Below, in pieces: positions 62,383-64,000 of a stretch of 64,000 nucleotides of DNA. Where the stretch lies: assembly GCA_964489065.1 (NCBI GenBank), contig CAZAXH010000005.1, positions 90,094-154,093 of the forward strand, written 5' to 3'. Each line of letters starts with the position of its first letter. The stretch's first letter is position 1. The DNA comes from an uncultured Planctomycetales bacterium. Lineage in GTDB: Bacteria; Omnitrophota; Gorgyraeia; Zapsychrales; JANLHA01. Below the pieces are notes generated by a model that made no database searches, had not been told where the DNA came from, and saw nothing but the letters and a program-made list of their open reading frames with translations. The position numbers were made by a program, and so were the translations under genes.

Positions 62383-62733
62383 ATGAGACAGTTGAAGAAG
62401 ACGTTTTGTGTCTTGGGAAGCCTCGTTGTCTTTTATGCTTTTGGGGCTTTCTTGCCGGTTTGTTCAGGAGGAGATCTTGTCCTGGGGTTGGCCAGTAATA
62501 CATATTATGATATTTATCTCGGGGGGACGTCGGACGGCGGCACGGTTATAAAAAGCGTACAAATTGTCGATATCCGTCAGTATGAAGGGCTCATTTTCCT
62601 TGTTGTCCGCCCGGATAGCTTCTCTATCGGTCAATCGGAAGGGCTGATCCTGCTGGAGAATGTTAAAGCCATCCTGCCTACTTTAAAGTTTAAAACCTCC
62701 TCTGTGAAAGACGGAATTCATTATCGTAAATAA
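62383..62733 (+). CDS. Hypothetical small secreted/membrane-anchored protein
   Basis: RBS GGGGGG; N-terminal hydrophobic segment. Confidence 0.45.
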   Translation: MRQLKKTFCVLGSLVVFYAFGAFLPVCSGGDLVLGLASNTYYDIYLGGTSDGGTVIKSVQIVDIRQYEGLIFLVVRPDSFSIGQSEGLILLENVKAILPTLKFKTSSVKDGIHYRK

Positions 62734-62743
62734 AGGACAGCTC

Positions 62744-63289
62744 TTGAACTCTCAACGGGCAGGAGAAAAAATTCTTAAAGCGGGGCGCTATATTCATCTT
62801 CTGGCTTGCGATACTTGGGAATATGTCCGGAGAGCCAATTGCAGCGGGATTGTCATCATTCTCGCTGTGACGGAGAAGCAACATATCGTATTGGTGGAGC
62901 AGTACCGTGTGCCTGTCGGAGGCCCTGTGATTGAACTCCCTGCCGGTTTGGTCAATGACCGTCCGGGCAAGAAGCATGAAACCTTGACTGCGGCCGCCAA
63001 GCGCGAATTATGGGAAGAAACCGGGTACCGGGCCCGCCGGATGGTCAAGCTGACAGAAGGGCCGGCCGCGTCCGGGTCGTCATCAGACATCATTGTTTTC
63101 TTTAAGGCGGAAGGCTTACGTAAGACCGGGGAGGGAGGAGGCGATGACAGCGAGGCGATCATTGTTCATGAGGTTCCTTTGGCTGAAGTGCCGTCTTGGC
63201 TACGGCAGAAACGCAGGCAGGGACTTTATGTTGATCCTAAAATTTATACTGGACTTTATTTCTTAAATCCCTATAATAATCCCCAATAA
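62744..63289 (+). CDS. NUDIX hydrolase (ADP-ribose pyrophosphatase-like), TTG start
   Basis: Nudix box ..AKRELWEETGY.. Confidence 0.8.
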   Translation: MNSQRAGEKILKAGRYIHLLACDTWEYVRRANCSGIVIILAVTEKQHIVLVEQYRVPVGGPVIELPAGLVNDRPGKKHETLTAAAKRELWEETGYRARRMVKLTEGPAASGSSSDIIVFFKAEGLRKTGEGGGDDSEAIIVHEVPLAEVPSWLRQKRRQGLYVDPKIYTGLYFLNPYNNPQ

Positions 63290-63342
63290 TCCCTTAGATT
63301 TAAACTTTTTTTCAATAAATTGTTATAACCAAGGAGTGAAAG

Positions 63343-64000
63343 ATGGTATCGTACAAGGAATTAGGCTTTGTCAACACGCGGGAGATGTTTAAAAAAGCTG
63401 TTGGAGGCCAGTATGCTGTCCCGGCGTACAATTTTAACAACATGGAGCAATTGCAGGCTATTATTACCGCATGCCTGGAAACACAATCTCCGGTGATTTT
63501 GCAGGTTTCCAGCGGCGCCAGGAAATATGCTGATCAGACCCTGCTGCGTTACATGGGGCAGGGAGCGGTCGCTATGATGAAAGAGCATGCCAGGCAAAAA
63601 GGCTTGAAAGAGATTCCTATCGCGCTTCACCTGGATCACGGGGACACGTTTGAGCTGTGCCAGTCCTGTATTGAGTCCGGGTTTTCCTCGGTGATGATCG
63701 ATGGGTCGCATCATCCTTACGACAAGAACGTGGAGTTGACCCGAAAAGTGGTCGAATACGCTCACAAATATGATGTGACCGTGGAAGGGGAGTTGGGGGT
63801 TTTGGCCGGAATCGAGGATGCTGTCGTTGCAGAAAAATCGACTTATACTCAGCCGGCCGAGGTGGAGGATTTTGTGAAGAAGACTGCCGTTGATTCCCTA
63901 GCTATTTCGATTGGGACATCCCATGGCGCCAATAAATTCAAGCCGTCCCAGTGTACCCGGAACGCCGACGGCATCCTTATCCCGCCGGAATTGCGGTTTG
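63343..64000 (+). CDS. fba: Fructose-bisphosphate aldolase class II, 3'-truncated at window edge
   Basis: PAYNFNN.., HLDHG zinc site; RBS AAGGAG; frame open to window end. Confidence 0.85.
   Translation, partial: MVSYKELGFVNTREMFKKAVGGQYAVPAYNFNNMEQLQAIITACLETQSPVILQVSSGARKYADQTLLRYMGQGAVAMMKEHARQKGLKEIPIALHLDHGDTFELCQSCIESGFSSVMIDGSHHPYDKNVELTRKVVEYAHKYDVTVEGELGVLAGIEDAVVAEKSTYTQPAEVEDFVKKTAVDSLAISIGTSHGANKFKPSQCTRNADGILIPPELRF

Overview
This 64 kb window reads as a mostly housekeeping chromosomal segment. It is gene-dense, almost entirely on the plus strand, about 52-55% GC, and probably from a diderm (LPS-containing) bacterium of an uncultivated or deep-branching lineage. Local gene order is partly Firmicutes-like (uppS-cdsA-dxr-rseP...proS; rimP-nusA-infB; rho-rpmE; prfA-prmC-murA). 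Recognisable genes include kdsD-kdsC-lptC/A-lptB, tig-clpP, serC-like-serA, purA, uppS-cdsA-dxr-rseP, proS, rimP-nusA-infB, trpS, scpA, ruvB, queA-tgt-trmD-rplS-rnhB-yraN, fchA-folD, polA-coaE, rho-rpmE, prfA-prmC-murA, trpGDCF, trpBA, argS, recJ, rpmB, pepF and fba. Most long antisense ORFs are shadow ORFs. The most interesting part is an accessory-like insertion of about 5.9 kb that splits the trp genes (45.9-51.8 kb). It contains a convergent FIST-sensor gene pair. It also contains a promoter-driven structured RNA or leader (47722-47953) with a long-range helix, a GNRA hairpin, a 20-codon mini-ORF carrying two Trp codons, and mutually exclusive antiterminator/terminator pairings. After that come a possibly leaderless zinc-ribbon ORF, an M20 peptidase, a DUF3108 protein, a TolB-like beta-propeller and a hypothetical protein, all co-directional with and running into trpB-trpA. 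Other oddities: an orphan CpaF/TadA-type secretion ATPase inserted between rseP and proS; a degenerate pyridine-nucleotide-disulfide-oxidoreductase-like pseudoenzyme coupled to folD; a PPIase-less trigger factor; a fused LptC-LptA; a strong promoter plus structured leader in front of rplS; and an unlisted 57-aa ORF with its own promoter. No CRISPR, rRNA or bona fide tRNA was seen.
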